A DNA stretch of 64,000 bases from an uncultured Alphaproteobacteria bacterium. Its GTDB lineage: Bacteria > Pseudomonadota > Alphaproteobacteria > Acetobacterales > Acetobacteraceae. Below the pieces are notes generated by a model. The model was not told the origin of the DNA. It saw only the letters and a program-made list of their open reading frames with translations, and did not search any database. The stretch is taken from NCBI GenBank assembly GCA_963790535.1, contig CAWBOZ010000008.1, forward strand, positions 55,591-119,590. Direction: 5' to 3'. This document shows, piece by piece, positions 1 through 9,191 of the stretch (position 1 is its first letter; every line of letters starts with the position of its first letter). Made by a program: the position numbers and the translations under genes.

Positions 1-741
1 GCTCAAGGTCCGCAGCATCACCGCGCCGCCGCGCACCGTGAGGTCTCGCGGCTCAACGACGGCGCAGCCCAGCACGCGGGCGAGCGCGAGGTGCCCAGGC
101 CAGTGCGCGTCGGCGGCACCCGCCGTCAGGATTGCCACGAACCCCGGCGCCGACCGCATGAGCGCCTCCTGCCAGGCCTCGCAGAACGGCCGGATCGGCT
201 CGACTGGCTGCGGCAGGAACATCTCCGGCAGCACGCGCGCGAGCAATTGCCGGGTCTCCGCTACGGAGCCTATGCCGGGCGCGCCTTCGAGCCGGTCCGC
301 GAGCACGCGCCACTGCCCGTCCGGCCCGCGCACCAGGTCCGCGGCGTAGGCGTGCAGGAACGGACCAGGCAGCCCGCGGCAAGCGCGCTCGAAGCTGGGG
401 TTGGCGAACACCAGGGCGGACGGCAACGCCCCGCTGGCGAGAACCTGCTGCGGGCCGTGCAGATCCGCGAGCAGCGCCTCCAGCAGCCGCGCGCGCTGCG
501 CGAGGCCGTCCGCCAGCGCCGCGAACTCCGCCGCGGGCAGCGGCAGCGGCAGCGGATCGCACACCCAACCTGGCTGCCCCGCACCCGCCGCTGCCGCGCC
601 TTCCTCGTCCGCGAGCCGCGCGATCCGCTCCGCGCGCGCGAGCAACTCCGTTGGACCGAGCGAGGCGAAGGCGGCGAACGCGCCCCGCCAGTGCGGCCGT
701 ACACCGCTCCGCCCATCCACCATCTCGTCGAAAACTGCCAT
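1..741 (-). CDS. circularly permuted type-2 ATP-grasp protein, N-terminal 247 codons (3' end lies beyond the window)
   Basis: Not in the ORF track because there is no stop in the window. Manual minus-strand translation from ATG 741..739 stays open to position 1: MAVFDEMVDGRSGVRPHWRGAFAAFASLG...DGQWRVLADRLEGAPGIGSVAETRQLLARVLPEMF. The N-terminus matches my memory of this family. Confidence 0.55.
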   Translation of the reverse strand, partial: MAVFDEMVDGRSGVRPHWRGAFAAFASLGPTELLARAERIARLADEEGAAAAGAGQPGWVCDPLPLPLPAAEFAALADGLAQRARLLEALLADLHGPQQVLASGALPSALVFANPSFERACRGLPGPFLHAYAADLVRGPDGQWRVLADRLEGAPGIGSVAETRQLLARVLPEMFLPQPVEPIRPFCEAWQEALMRSAPGFVAILTAGAADAHWPGHLALARVLGCAVVEPRDLTVRGGAVMLRTLS

Positions 742-765
742 CACGGGCAGATTACCGCGGGAAGA

Positions 766-1881
766 TTAAGGCGAGACGAAGCGAGCCGGGGTGACGCGCG
801 CCACGATACGCCCGGCCTCGCCTGGGTCGCGCCCGGCGATCAGGTCCGCGACCAGCCTGCCCGCTGCCGGCGAGGTCTGGATGCCGTAGCCGCCCTGGCC
901 GACGCACCAGAAGAACCCCTCCACCGCCGGGTCCCAGCCGAAGGCGAGGCTACGGTCAGGGGTGAAGGTGCGCAGGCCCGCCCAGGCGTGCTCGACCCGG
1001 CGCACCTCGATGTCGAGCGCCTGCTGCATCCGGTCCACGCCGACCGCGATGTCCAGCTCGTCCGGCCGCACGTCGTGCGGCGTCGTGGGCGTCTCGTCCG
1101 CGGGCGAGACCATCAGCTTCGTGCGCGCCTCGGGGCGCACATACCAGGTGTGGTCCACGTCGTTGACCATGGGCCAGCGGGCCGCGTCCCAAGGGAGCGG
1201 CTCGATGATCGCGCCTGTCCGCCGCTTGGGCACGAGGCCGAGCGGCGCCGCCCCCGCCTGCTCCGCCACGACATCGCCCCAGGCGCCCGCGCAGTTGACG
1301 ATCACGGGCGCGGAGAAAGCGGCGCCGCTCGACGTCCGCACCTCCCACGCCGCGCCGCGCCGCTCGATCGGCCCCGCCCGGCTGCGCAGCGCGAGCACGC
1401 CGCCGGCTGCGCGGAGCTGCCGCAGGAAGCCCTGGTGCAGCGCCGCCACGTCCATGTCGAAGGCGTCCCCCTCGATGGCCGCCGCGACGGCGTAATCGGG
1501 ACGCAGGGCGGGCACCATCGCGCGCACCTGCTCCGGCGTGAGTTCCCGCAGGCCGATGCCCTCGCCGAGCAAGCGGCTCAGGTGCTCCACCTGCGTCGGG
1601 GGCGCGAGGAAGACGACCGGGCGCGGCGAGAGGATCGGCTGATCCGCGAAGCCGGGGGGAGGGTTCTCGAAGAAGGCGCGCGAGAGGCCCGTGAGCACGC
1701 GCACGTCTGGCGGCCCGTAGTTGAGGATCCAGATCGCGGCCGAGCGTCCGGTGCTGTGATAGCCCGCCGCGTCCTCCGCCTCGACGAGCGCCACGCGCCG
1801 GTCGGCGGCGAGGTGGGCGGCGGTCGAGGCGCCCGCGATGCCGGCGCCGATGACGATCGCGTCGAAGCCCTGGGCGTCCAT
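766..1881 (-). CDS. FAD-dependent oxidoreductase (DAO-type)
   Basis: ORF 766..1998. Internal ATG at 1881 gives MDAQGFDAIVIGAGIAGASTAAHLA (GxGxxG Rossmann N-terminus); C-terminal part reads GFFWCVGQGGYGIQTSPA. Confidence 0.8.
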   Translation of the reverse strand: MDAQGFDAIVIGAGIAGASTAAHLAADRRVALVEAEDAAGYHSTGRSAAIWILNYGPPDVRVLTGLSRAFFENPPPGFADQPILSPRPVVFLAPPTQVEHLSRLLGEGIGLRELTPEQVRAMVPALRPDYAVAAAIEGDAFDMDVAALHQGFLRQLRAAGGVLALRSRAGPIERRGAAWEVRTSSGAAFSAPVIVNCAGAWGDVVAEQAGAAPLGLVPKRRTGAIIEPLPWDAARWPMVNDVDHTWYVRPEARTKLMVSPADETPTTPHDVRPDELDIAVGVDRMQQALDIEVRRVEHAWAGLRTFTPDRSLAFGWDPAVEGFFWCVGQGGYGIQTSPAAGRLVADLIAGRDPGEAGRIVARVTPARFVSP

Positions 1882-2169
1882 GGCCCCAGCATCGCGGCGG
1901 CGCCTGCCCGGCGCAAGCGTGTTGATGGCGGCGACCGGTAGGCCGTGAGGCAACACTTCTTTCACGAAAGGCCACGTGGTGATGTGGGCCGGTGGCACTG
2001 TGGCATTTGCGGCGACGCCGCCCTAGTCGCGGCCGGTATGACCAACACGACCGAGCGTTGAGCTGCCTGTCCGCCTGATGAAGGTTTGGCGGCCATTGAG
2101 CCGGGGCAACCGTACCACTCTGTCAGTCGGTCGTTTGACACACTGTTACTCTTGATAAGGTATTAGTCT

Positions 2170-3126
2170 CTAAGCTGCTTTGCCCCTGAAGCGCTGCCGG
2201 TATGTCCCAGGGCTCAATCCAACGATCCGCTGAAAACGCGCACGAAATGTCACCGACGATTCGAAACCGGACCTCGCGGCAACCTCGTGGACTTTTATAG
2301 AGGTCCCTTCTAGCAGTTCCTGCGCGCGACGAACCCGCGCCGTGAGCAGCCATTGCAGAGGCGTCGTTCCGGTCTGTTCGTGAAAGCGACGGCCAAAGGT
2401 ACGTTCGCTCATTCCCGCCCGAAGCGCCATCGCGGCCACGTCTAGCGGTTGCTCCAAACGCTCCATCATCCAGTCCAGTGTCGCGGCCAGGCTGCACTGG
2501 CTTCGCGGCAGCGCGTGACGAATGAACTGCGCCTGCCCGCCGTCTCGGTTGAGCGGTGCCACCGCCAGGCGGGCTGCGTGCGCGGCAATCTCCTGCCCGT
2601 GGTCGCGACGGACTAGGTGCAGGCACATGTCGAGGCCGGCCGAAGCGCCCGCCGAGGTCACGAGACGCTCCTCATCAACATACAGCACGTCAGGTTCGAT
2701 GGTCGCTTGAGGATAGCGGCGCGCAAGGTCGCCGGCGGCCGCCCAATGGGTGGTGGCGCGCCGGCCGTCGAGCAGCCCGGCCGCCGCCAATACAAACGCG
2801 CCGGTGCAGATGGACACAACCCGCGCGCCTCTGTCCCAAGCCGCCTGTAGGCTAGCGATCACCAAGGGCGCGATCGGCGCGTCCACATCCTCGATTCCCG
2901 GCACGACCACGGTGTCCGCAGCCGCGACCTCGTTCAACCTGCCGGCCACGCGCAGGCCGAAGGCGTTTGCCCGCACGCTCAGCCGCTCGCCGCAGACGCG
3001 GACGCTATAGCCCTGCGCTCCGTCTGGCAGCCGCACTCGGGAGAACACCTCACAGGCGATGCCAAGATCCAACGCGATGACGCCGTCAAGCGCCAGAACC
3101 GCAATGCTGTGCATGGATGCTTTCAA
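2170..3126 (-). CDS. GlxA-family transcriptional regulator (DJ-1/PfpI-like domain plus AraC HTH)
   Basis: 318-aa ORF. N-terminal part ICTGAFVLAAAGLLDGRRATTHW; C-terminal AraC-type part GMSERTFGRRFHEQTGTTPLQWLLTARVRRAQELLE. Divergent from the DJ-1 gene. Confidence 0.8.
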   Translation of the reverse strand: MKASMHSIAVLALDGVIALDLGIACEVFSRVRLPDGAQGYSVRVCGERLSVRANAFGLRVAGRLNEVAAADTVVVPGIEDVDAPIAPLVIASLQAAWDRGARVVSICTGAFVLAAAGLLDGRRATTHWAAAGDLARRYPQATIEPDVLYVDEERLVTSAGASAGLDMCLHLVRRDHGQEIAAHAARLAVAPLNRDGGQAQFIRHALPRSQCSLAATLDWMMERLEQPLDVAAMALRAGMSERTFGRRFHEQTGTTPLQWLLTARVRRAQELLEGTSIKVHEVAARSGFESSVTFRARFQRIVGLSPGTYRQRFRGKAA

Positions 3127-3234
3127 GTCTGTTGTGTAAACCGATTGGCGGAATCCGATCGTTTATTGTCGTTCCTGCCACTCACTCCAGCGGATTGCAA
3201 GCCTTACACAAGGCGGCACCGCAGGAGGTTCACC

Positions 3235-3945
3235 ATGTCCGCCCAGCTCGAACCGCCCGTCCCGCCGCTCTCGCTCGGGATCGTGCTCTACCCCGGATTC
3301 ACCTTGCTCGACCTCGCCGGCCCGCAATCAGCCTTGGGTCTGCACGGCCAAACCCACCTGTTCTCGAAGTCGCTGGATCCGGTGATGTCGGACAGCGGTG
3401 TCGCACTCGTGCCGACGACGACGTTCGCGGGTTTCGATGGCGCGCTCGATATCCTGATGGTGCCCGGCGGCTTTGGCACCAACGACGCGATGTGCGATGC
3501 GAAGCTCATTGATTTCCTCGCGCGGACGGCACCCAAGGCGCGATACGTCACCTCCGTCTGCTCGGGATCGCTGATCCTCGGCATGGCCGGGCTGCTTGAC
3601 GGTCACCGCGCGGCAACCCACTGGGCGCTGTATGAGGCGCTTGAAGCGGTCGGCGCCACACCGGTTCATGAGCGTGTGGTGATCGACCGCAACCGGATCA
3701 CTGGTGGTGGCGTCACGGCCGGCATCGACTTCGGCCTGCGGCTCCTTGCGGAGCTACGAGGCGATGAGGTCGCCAAGATGACCCAGCTCATGATGGAGTA
3801 TGACCCCGAACCCCCGTTCGACACCGGCCACCCCCGCACATGCGACCCGGCGCTGGTGGCGGCGGCCCGCGCGGCGATGGGGGATGAGATGACCGGCGCC
3901 GCCGTGCAAATCGCTCGGAGCCACCGCGTGCCCGAACCGGCTTGA
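3235..3945 (+). CDS. DJ-1/PfpI family protein
   Basis: Internal ATG 3235 preceded by AGGAGG. LGIVLYPGFTLLDLAGP...VCSGSLILGMAGLLDGHRAATHW...ITGGGVTAGIDFGL. Confidence 0.8.
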   Translation: MSAQLEPPVPPLSLGIVLYPGFTLLDLAGPQSALGLHGQTHLFSKSLDPVMSDSGVALVPTTTFAGFDGALDILMVPGGFGTNDAMCDAKLIDFLARTAPKARYVTSVCSGSLILGMAGLLDGHRAATHWALYEALEAVGATPVHERVVIDRNRITGGGVTAGIDFGLRLLAELRGDEVAKMTQLMMEYDPEPPFDTGHPRTCDPALVAAARAAMGDEMTGAAVQIARSHRVPEPA

Positions 3946-4042
3946 CGCAGGAGGCAGGCAATGGCCGGTCGCGGCATCAGGATGGTCCTCGGTATCGGTT
4001 TTTGCTGGCGAGCCGGATTCGAACACTCAGCAAGGCAATGGC

Positions 4043-4841
4043 ATGAGCAGCAAAATGAGCATCCACAGCGTCAATGGCGTGAGTTCTGAATGTTCTCGAT
4101 ACGGGTGAGGGAGGACCTGCCCTGATATTTCTCCATTACTGGGGCGGATCGGTCCGGAGTTGGGAGCCCGTAATCAAGAGCCTTTCAAAGGATTATCGCT
4201 GCATAGCGATCGACTTCCGTGGTTGGGGACAGTCGAGCCGGGACGCTGAAGACTACGGTCTCAAAACGCTCGCTGACGACGTCATTGCCATCATCGACGA
4301 TCTCGGCCTCAAGCAGTTTGTCATCCTCGGTCATTCGATGGGGGGCAAAGTGGCTCAGCTTGTCGCCGCTCGGAGGCCGGAAGGTCTTCGACAGCTCATT
4401 TTGATGGCGCCCGCGCCGCCCATGCCGCTCGAGGTTCCCGAGGAGCAGCGACAGGCCATGGCCGTCGCGTATCAGACGCGTGAGGGCGTGATGGGAATCA
4501 TTGCGAACCTGCCGCTATCCGAGGTGTCTCGCCAGCAGATCGTCGAGGACGCAGTAAGCGGCGCGCCAACGGCGAAACGGGCCTGGCCCGAACAGGGCAT
4601 GGCCATGGACATCCGTGACCAGGCGGTCCGGATTGATGTTCCGGTACACGTCATCGTCGGCAGTGTTGATGTAGTTGAGACCGAAGCGTCTCTCCGCAAG
4701 GATTTCGGGGAGGTGCTTCCCTCGACGACGTTTACGGTGCTCCCCGGCGTCAGCCACATGGCTCCGCTCGAAGCGACGTCACAGGTCGTCGACGCGATCC
4801 GTTCTGCGTTGACGACCGAGCCCCATCACCAAGCGGATTGA
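4043..4841 (+). pseudogene. alpha/beta hydrolase, frame broken at 4081-4086 as given (probable single-T artefact)
   Basis: MSSKMSIHSVNGV (frame 2) runs into the stop at 4080. The frame-0 continuation LNVLDTGEGGPALIFLHYWGGS...FVILGHSMGGKVAQ carries the nucleophile elbow GHSMGG. Deleting one T of GAGTTC joins the two parts. Confidence 0.7.
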
Positions 4842-4854
4842 AGGGACATGCCCA

Positions 4855-5478
4855 ATGATTGCAGATATCAAGATCCCGGATAGCAGCATCGTCCGGCAGG
4901 CGGGGGAGCTTGCCCGCTCGGTGTCCAGTGAATGGCTCTTCAACCATGTCATGCGGTGCTACTGGTTTAGCGCGTTGTTCGCGCATGCAGAGGGCGCCAA
5001 GGTCGATAGCGAGTTGATGTTCCTGTCATCTGTGCTGCACGACATTGGCCTGACCGATCACGGTCGCGGTAACCACCGCTTCGAAATAGATGGAGCGGTC
5101 GCGGCGCGCACTTTCCTGGTCGACAAGGGCGTTTCGCGCGAACGGGCGCAGGGCGTATTCGATAACATCGCCCTGCACACCTGGGACATTAACCTGTTTC
5201 GTGATGACACCAGCCGCCTCACCGAGTTCGGTATTGTCCATGATGTCGCAGGCCTGCCAGGTGTGACGCTTGATCCGCCGGACGTGGCTGAGGTCGTCCG
5301 CCGCTACCCGCGGCTCAACTTCAAACGCCAATTCAATGCGGCGCTTGAGCGCGACATCGAAAGCAAGCAGCCTTACCCGCACTGGTTCCATCCCTGCACT
5401 CGCATCGAGCACAACCGAGCGCCGATTCAAATGGAGGACATGGTCACCCTCATGGCGAATGCGCCGTTCGATGAATGA
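4855..5478 (+). CDS. HD domain-containing protein (cyanamide-hydratase-like)
   Basis: 207-aa ORF; LSSVLHDIGLTDHG HD motif; overall HD-fold-like composition. Confidence 0.65.
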   Translation: MIADIKIPDSSIVRQAGELARSVSSEWLFNHVMRCYWFSALFAHAEGAKVDSELMFLSSVLHDIGLTDHGRGNHRFEIDGAVAARTFLVDKGVSRERAQGVFDNIALHTWDINLFRDDTSRLTEFGIVHDVAGLPGVTLDPPDVAEVVRRYPRLNFKRQFNAALERDIESKQPYPHWFHPCTRIEHNRAPIQMEDMVTLMANAPFDE

Positions 5479-5522
5479 TGCAACGAACGCTGCCTCCGCC
5501 CTGCTTACCATCGGAGTTTCTG

Positions 5523-5909
5523 ATGTCACATAACGTAAAGATCGTGGAGATCGACGACTACGAATCCGTAGTAGCGGTCTCCCAAACCTTCGTCGATGCC
5601 TTGCGCGACGGCGATTCCGACGCGCTGATGACCGTGTTCCACCCGGAGGCCGTGGTCTTCGGGTTGGGTGACGGCGCTTGGATAGCTGGCCCGGCGCACA
5701 ATTTGCGGGGCTTGATTGCTCAGGTCGGGGCTGCGCCGAACATCAGGTCACGCATCGACGTGCTGGCAATCACGCCAACGACGGCGGTGGTCCGTGCCGA
5801 CATCGAAGGGGATGCCCTGGGTGCGGACTATACGGACTTCTACACGTTGATAAAACAGGACGGCCCATGGAAGATCGTCACGAATGCGCTGCACCAGTAT
5901 AACCGTTGA
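5523..5909 (+). CDS. NTF2-like / SnoaL-like small protein
   Basis: ATG 5523 after GGAG. MSHNVKIVEIDDYESVVAVSQTFVDALRDGDSDALMTVFHPEA...DGPWKIVTNALH is typical of the NTF2-fold family. Confidence 0.55.
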   Translation: MSHNVKIVEIDDYESVVAVSQTFVDALRDGDSDALMTVFHPEAVVFGLGDGAWIAGPAHNLRGLIAQVGAAPNIRSRIDVLAITPTTAVVRADIEGDALGADYTDFYTLIKQDGPWKIVTNALHQYNR

Positions 5910-6104
5910 GGTTGGGAGTTGATCGTGGTCAAGCTGTCATCTGCATCTATCACCTACGCCCGCACAGTATCACGTAATGCCTTATACGCGCGACCGTAGC
6001 CCTGAACACGACCGGGCGCTAACAGCTGATCCCCAACGAGGATATGGCGATATCGCGCCCAAGCAATTGCAACCGTTGTGACTGCTCGAAGAAGGGGTAT
6101 GTGT

Positions 6105-6500
6105 ATGATTCAGGGTGGATGCCATTGCGGTGCAATCCAGTTCGAAATGCCAGACCAGGTCGCGCACAGCACAATCTGTTATTGCAACGGCTGTCGTAGG
6201 CAGTCTGGAACCCCACTGTTAGCGTGGGCTATGGTCCCCGCAGCTTCAGTGATCATACGGGGCGAGCCTAAGGTTTACGCCTCTTCGGAAAGCGGACGCC
6301 GCTCCTTCTGCGGCGCCTGCGGCACCGGGCTGTTCTTTACAAACGCGGTCCTCGTTCAGATGGGCATGATGCAGGTGCGGATCGCGACACTCGACGATCC
6401 CGATGCGATATCTCCCAAGCTGCAGGTACAAACTGCTGAGGAGATCGGCTGGATGAAGTCCGCGCATATGCTTCCAGCTGTCGAACGTTTCCCATCGTAG
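6105..6500 (+). CDS. GFA (glutathione-dependent formaldehyde-activating / CENP-V) family protein
   Basis: MIQGGCHCGAIQFE...YCNGCRRQSG...FCGACGTGLFF Zn-Cys motifs; RBS GAAGGGG lies 7 nt upstream of ATG 6105. Confidence 0.8.
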   Translation: MIQGGCHCGAIQFEMPDQVAHSTICYCNGCRRQSGTPLLAWAMVPAASVIIRGEPKVYASSESGRRSFCGACGTGLFFTNAVLVQMGMMQVRIATLDDPDAISPKLQVQTAEEIGWMKSAHMLPAVERFPS

Positions 6501-6631
6501 GTCTAAAGTCGTAGGTAACCGTCCGGCAAACGACCGTTGGCCGGCCACGCCCAGTCTGTCCGCCAACCCTGGCGCGCGCACGGGAAAGCGGACACGATGA
6601 TTGCCGGACGGGAAAACGGACATGGACGCCC

Positions 6632-6727
6632 ATGGCCTATGTTGGCTACGCGCGGGTGAACACGCTGGACCAGCTCGCGCCGCCAAGTGGCCCTTTGTTA
6701 CAGAAATGTTGGCTCAGGGCCCGGTAG
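6632..6727 (+). pseudogene. serine recombinase (resolvase/invertase) N-terminal remnant, 31 codons
   Basis: MAYVGYARVNTLDQ resembles the resolvase N-terminus (M..IGYARVST..Q) with the catalytic Ser position reading N. It then degenerates and stops at TAG 6725-6727. Confidence 0.45.
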
Positions 6728-6813
6728 GGCGCCATAGCCGATCTCGCGAGCAAAGCACTGGAACAGGCAGAGCGCATCGGGCGTAAGAGCGTCAGCATGA
6801 AGGAGACCAGGCG

Positions 6814-6990
6814 TTGGGACAGGATAGCAGCGGCTCGGGTCGGCAGCTCATCGCGGCGTGCATCGTCATCGCGGTGATCGTGGTGGCCGGCCTGTGGCTC
6901 TCGGGCGTTCTTCACCAGACCGGCAGCGTGCAGGATTGCGCGATGAGCGGACGCACGAATTGCGCGCCGATCGAGGCTCCGGCGCGCTGA
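6814..6990 (+). CDS. hypothetical small single-pass membrane protein (TTG start)
   Basis: AGGAG at 6801-6805 lies 8 nt before TTG 6814. 58 codons: GQDSSGSGRQLIAACIVIAVIVVAGLWLSGVLHQTGSVQDCAMSGRTNCAPIEAPAR. Below the track length cut-off. Confidence 0.3.
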   Translation: MGQDSSGSGRQLIAACIVIAVIVVAGLWLSGVLHQTGSVQDCAMSGRTNCAPIEAPAR

Positions 6991-7001
6991 ACCTTCCCTA
7001 A

Positions 7002-8104
7002 GAGGCTGTTAAGAAATTAAAGTATAGGCGAGAGGCCTCATGCGCGACTATCCATTGGAGTATACGTCTGAGCCAATCACTTTATATCAACCTGGCTGCT
7101 CCAGTAAGGCTTTCGTAGCGGAGTTGTATTGTTGTAGTTAACGCGGGCGTGGTAGCTGCTAATTTTCAGCCCGTGGGAGCAGGACTTCGGGAACCTTATT
7201 GGCCTCCAGCCAGCCTGCGCAGCGTGACGCGCGCCATGGCGGCATACAGCAGCATCTCCGCCGTCGCGATCAGGCGCTCGTAGTCCCGGCTGATGCGTCG
7301 GTTGCGACCCAACCAGGCCAGTGTCCGCTCCACCACCCACCTTCGCTTGAGCACGTGGAAGCCACGCGGGATCTCGGGCGGCTGCTGGCGGGGGTGACCC
7401 ACACGCCGTGCAGCCCCGTCCACCAGTGCTTGCTGATCACGAGCGCCCAGCCCAGCGTCGTGGCCAGCCAGGACTGCAGCCCTTGGTAGGCGGTATCGGC
7501 CCAGATAAGCACGATGTGCGGGAACTCCGCCTTGAGGCCCGCAAGCAGCAACTCGGCGCCGCGCCGGTCATGGATGTCGGCAGGATGCACGCAGGCCTTG
7601 AGCAGTGTGCCTTCGGTGTCCACGAGCACGTGGCGCTTGCGCCCGGAGACCTTCTTGCCCCCATCATACCCACGCGGCCCTCCAGAACTCGGTGGTCCGT
7701 GCGGACTGGCTGTCGATGATCGCCGCCGTGGGTTGGGCCTTGCGGCGGAGGCGACGCGATAGCGCTGCGCAGGCTGGTGTTGATCTGCTCCCAGGTGCCC
7801 TGATGGCGCCACTTGGCGTAGTGATAGAACACGCTGGGCCAAGGTGGATACTCGTGCGGCAGGGCTCGCCACTGACATCCGGTGCGCAGCAGGTAGAACA
7901 CCGCGTCCAAGATGCAGCGCAGCTCAAGCACCTGCGGGTGGCCGGCCTGCTTGCCGGGTGTAATGAGGGGTGTCAAGATGGCCCATTCCTCATCGCTCAG
8001 GTCGGAGGGTAAGGGTGAGTATTCATCCACCGAAGATGGCTACAGAAGCCGGCAAAACGATGCTTCCTGCACGAGTTTTGCGCAATAAAATTGCTCAACA
8101 GCTC
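7002..8104 (-). mobile_element. IS5-family element, IS1031-group-like, copy L (1103 bp), decayed
   Basis: Terminal inverted repeats GAGGCTGTTAAGAAAT (7002) and rc GAGCTGTTGAGCAAT (8104). Flanked by direct TAA at 6999-7001 and 8105-8107. About 90% similar by eye to copy R in inverted orientation. Confidence 0.85.
7196..8030 (-). pseudogene. IS5-family DDE transposase (DUF4096 N-terminus plus DDE_Tnp_1), split over 4 frames
   Basis: Pieces: SDLSDEEWAILTPLITPGKQAGHPQ..LRTGCQWRALP, then RKAQPTAAIIDSQSARTTE, then GYDGGKKVSGRKRHVLVDTEG..ADTAYQG, then [31 protein letters not shown]. Several 1-nt deletions relative to copy R, plus GAACTC at 7685-7690. Confidence 0.85.
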
Positions 8105-8193
8105 TAATACCAGGTCCCGGAGAGCGTGAACTCCTGAGGGATTCCCAAGGCGGCCGCGATCTAATTCAAGGTGGCGAACAAGGGAGGTTCGCT

Positions 8194-9191
8194 ATGCCGA
8201 TCCCGCTTCGGGCTGATGTCGAGGCGCAGCACCTACGGGCATGCGGCGAAGCAGACCAAGGATGCCGCGCAAGCTCGGCGGCTGCTGGCGCTTGCTGCCG
8301 TCTATGACGGAGCGACGCGAACGGAAGCGGCCCGGATCGGCGGCGTGACCTTGCAGGTCGTGCGCGACTGGGTGCTGAAGTTCAACGCCCAGGGCGCCGG
8401 TGGCCTGTTGGACCGCAAGGCGCCGGGCCAGCCCTCCAAGCTCGACGACACGCATCGCGCGGCTTTAGCGGCGACGATCGACAGCGGGCCGATCCCTGCC
8501 ATTCACGGCGTGGTCCGGTGGCGGATCATCGACCTGTGCCAGTGGCTGTGGGAGGAGTTTCGGGTCAGCGTGGCTAAGCAGACCCTCAGCCGCGAGCTGC
8601 GCGCCATGGGCTATCGCAAGCTCTCGGCCCGTCCGCGCCATCATGCCCAGGCTGAGGGCGCGATCGAGGCATTTTAAAAAAGACTTCCCCGCCCGTCTGG
8701 ACACGATCGCGTGCGAGGCGGGCGTCGCGGCCAGCAACGTCGAGGTCTGGTTCGGCGACCAGGCCCGTGTCGGCCAGAAGAACAAGATCACCCGGCGCTG
8801 GGCCAAGCGCGGCACCCGGCCCGTAGCTCCACGGGACCAACGCACCGCCTCGACCTACATCTTCGGCGCCGTCTGCCCCAAGGAGGGCAAGGCCGCCGGC
8901 CTGATCCTGCCCTGGTGCAACACTGAGGCGATGGCCTTGCACCTGGCGGCCATCTCGGCGGAGGTCGCACCAGGGCGGCATGCCGCCCTCCTGGTCGATC
9001 AGGCCGGGTGGCACACCTCGGCCAAGCTCGCTGTCCCTGACGAACATCACCCTCGTGCCGTTGCCCGCGAAGTGTCCCGAGTTGAACTCGCAGGAGAACG
9101 TCTGGCAGTTCATGCGGGACAATTGGCTGTCAAACCGTGTCTTCAACTCCTATGACAGACCTGCTCGATCACTGCTGCTACGGCCTGGAAC
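8194..9191 (+). pseudogene. IS630-family transposase, 5' portion (multiple frame breaks)
   Basis: ATG 8194 after AGGGAGG gives MPIPLRADVEAQHLR. A frame change leads to AAKQTKDAAQARRLLALAAVYDG..VVRWRIIDLCQW..IEAF. A T4A6 run at 8672-8681 shifts to KKDFPARL..WFGDQARVGQKNK..LLVDQAGWH. A further shift gives NITLVPLPAKCPELNSQENVWQFMRDNWLSNRVFNSYD. Confidence 0.8.

Noticed and set aside
91-1941. Very long ORFs in alternative frames or strands: for example 91..1941 (+), 15555..17261 (+), 19589..20932 (+), 40943..42922 (-), 44578..46338 (+), 49469..51082 (+), 54253..55698 (+), 58130..59101 (-).
   Set aside because: Their translations are Arg/Ala/Gly/Pro-rich low-complexity strings with no recognisable motifs. 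They lie antisense or out of frame to genes with clear family signatures. These are typical shadow ORFs of roughly 70% GC DNA.
3993-4015. TGTTCGAATCCGGCTCGCCAGCA on the minus strand resembles a tRNA T-loop plus 3' acceptor end, possibly an att remnant at the islet border.
   Set aside because: The 5' half of the T-stem does not pair and no cloverleaf can be drawn. A TTCGAATCC 9-mer is expected by chance about once in this much sequence. It is not reportable as a feature.
8672-8682. The T4A6G run in the IS630 transposase might be a programmed -1 slippery heptamer.
   Set aside because: The downstream frame is +1, not -1, relative to the upstream frame, and the 0-frame codons are TTT TAA AAA rather than X XXY YYZ. 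One extra T in the homopolymer, from mutation or error, explains it better.
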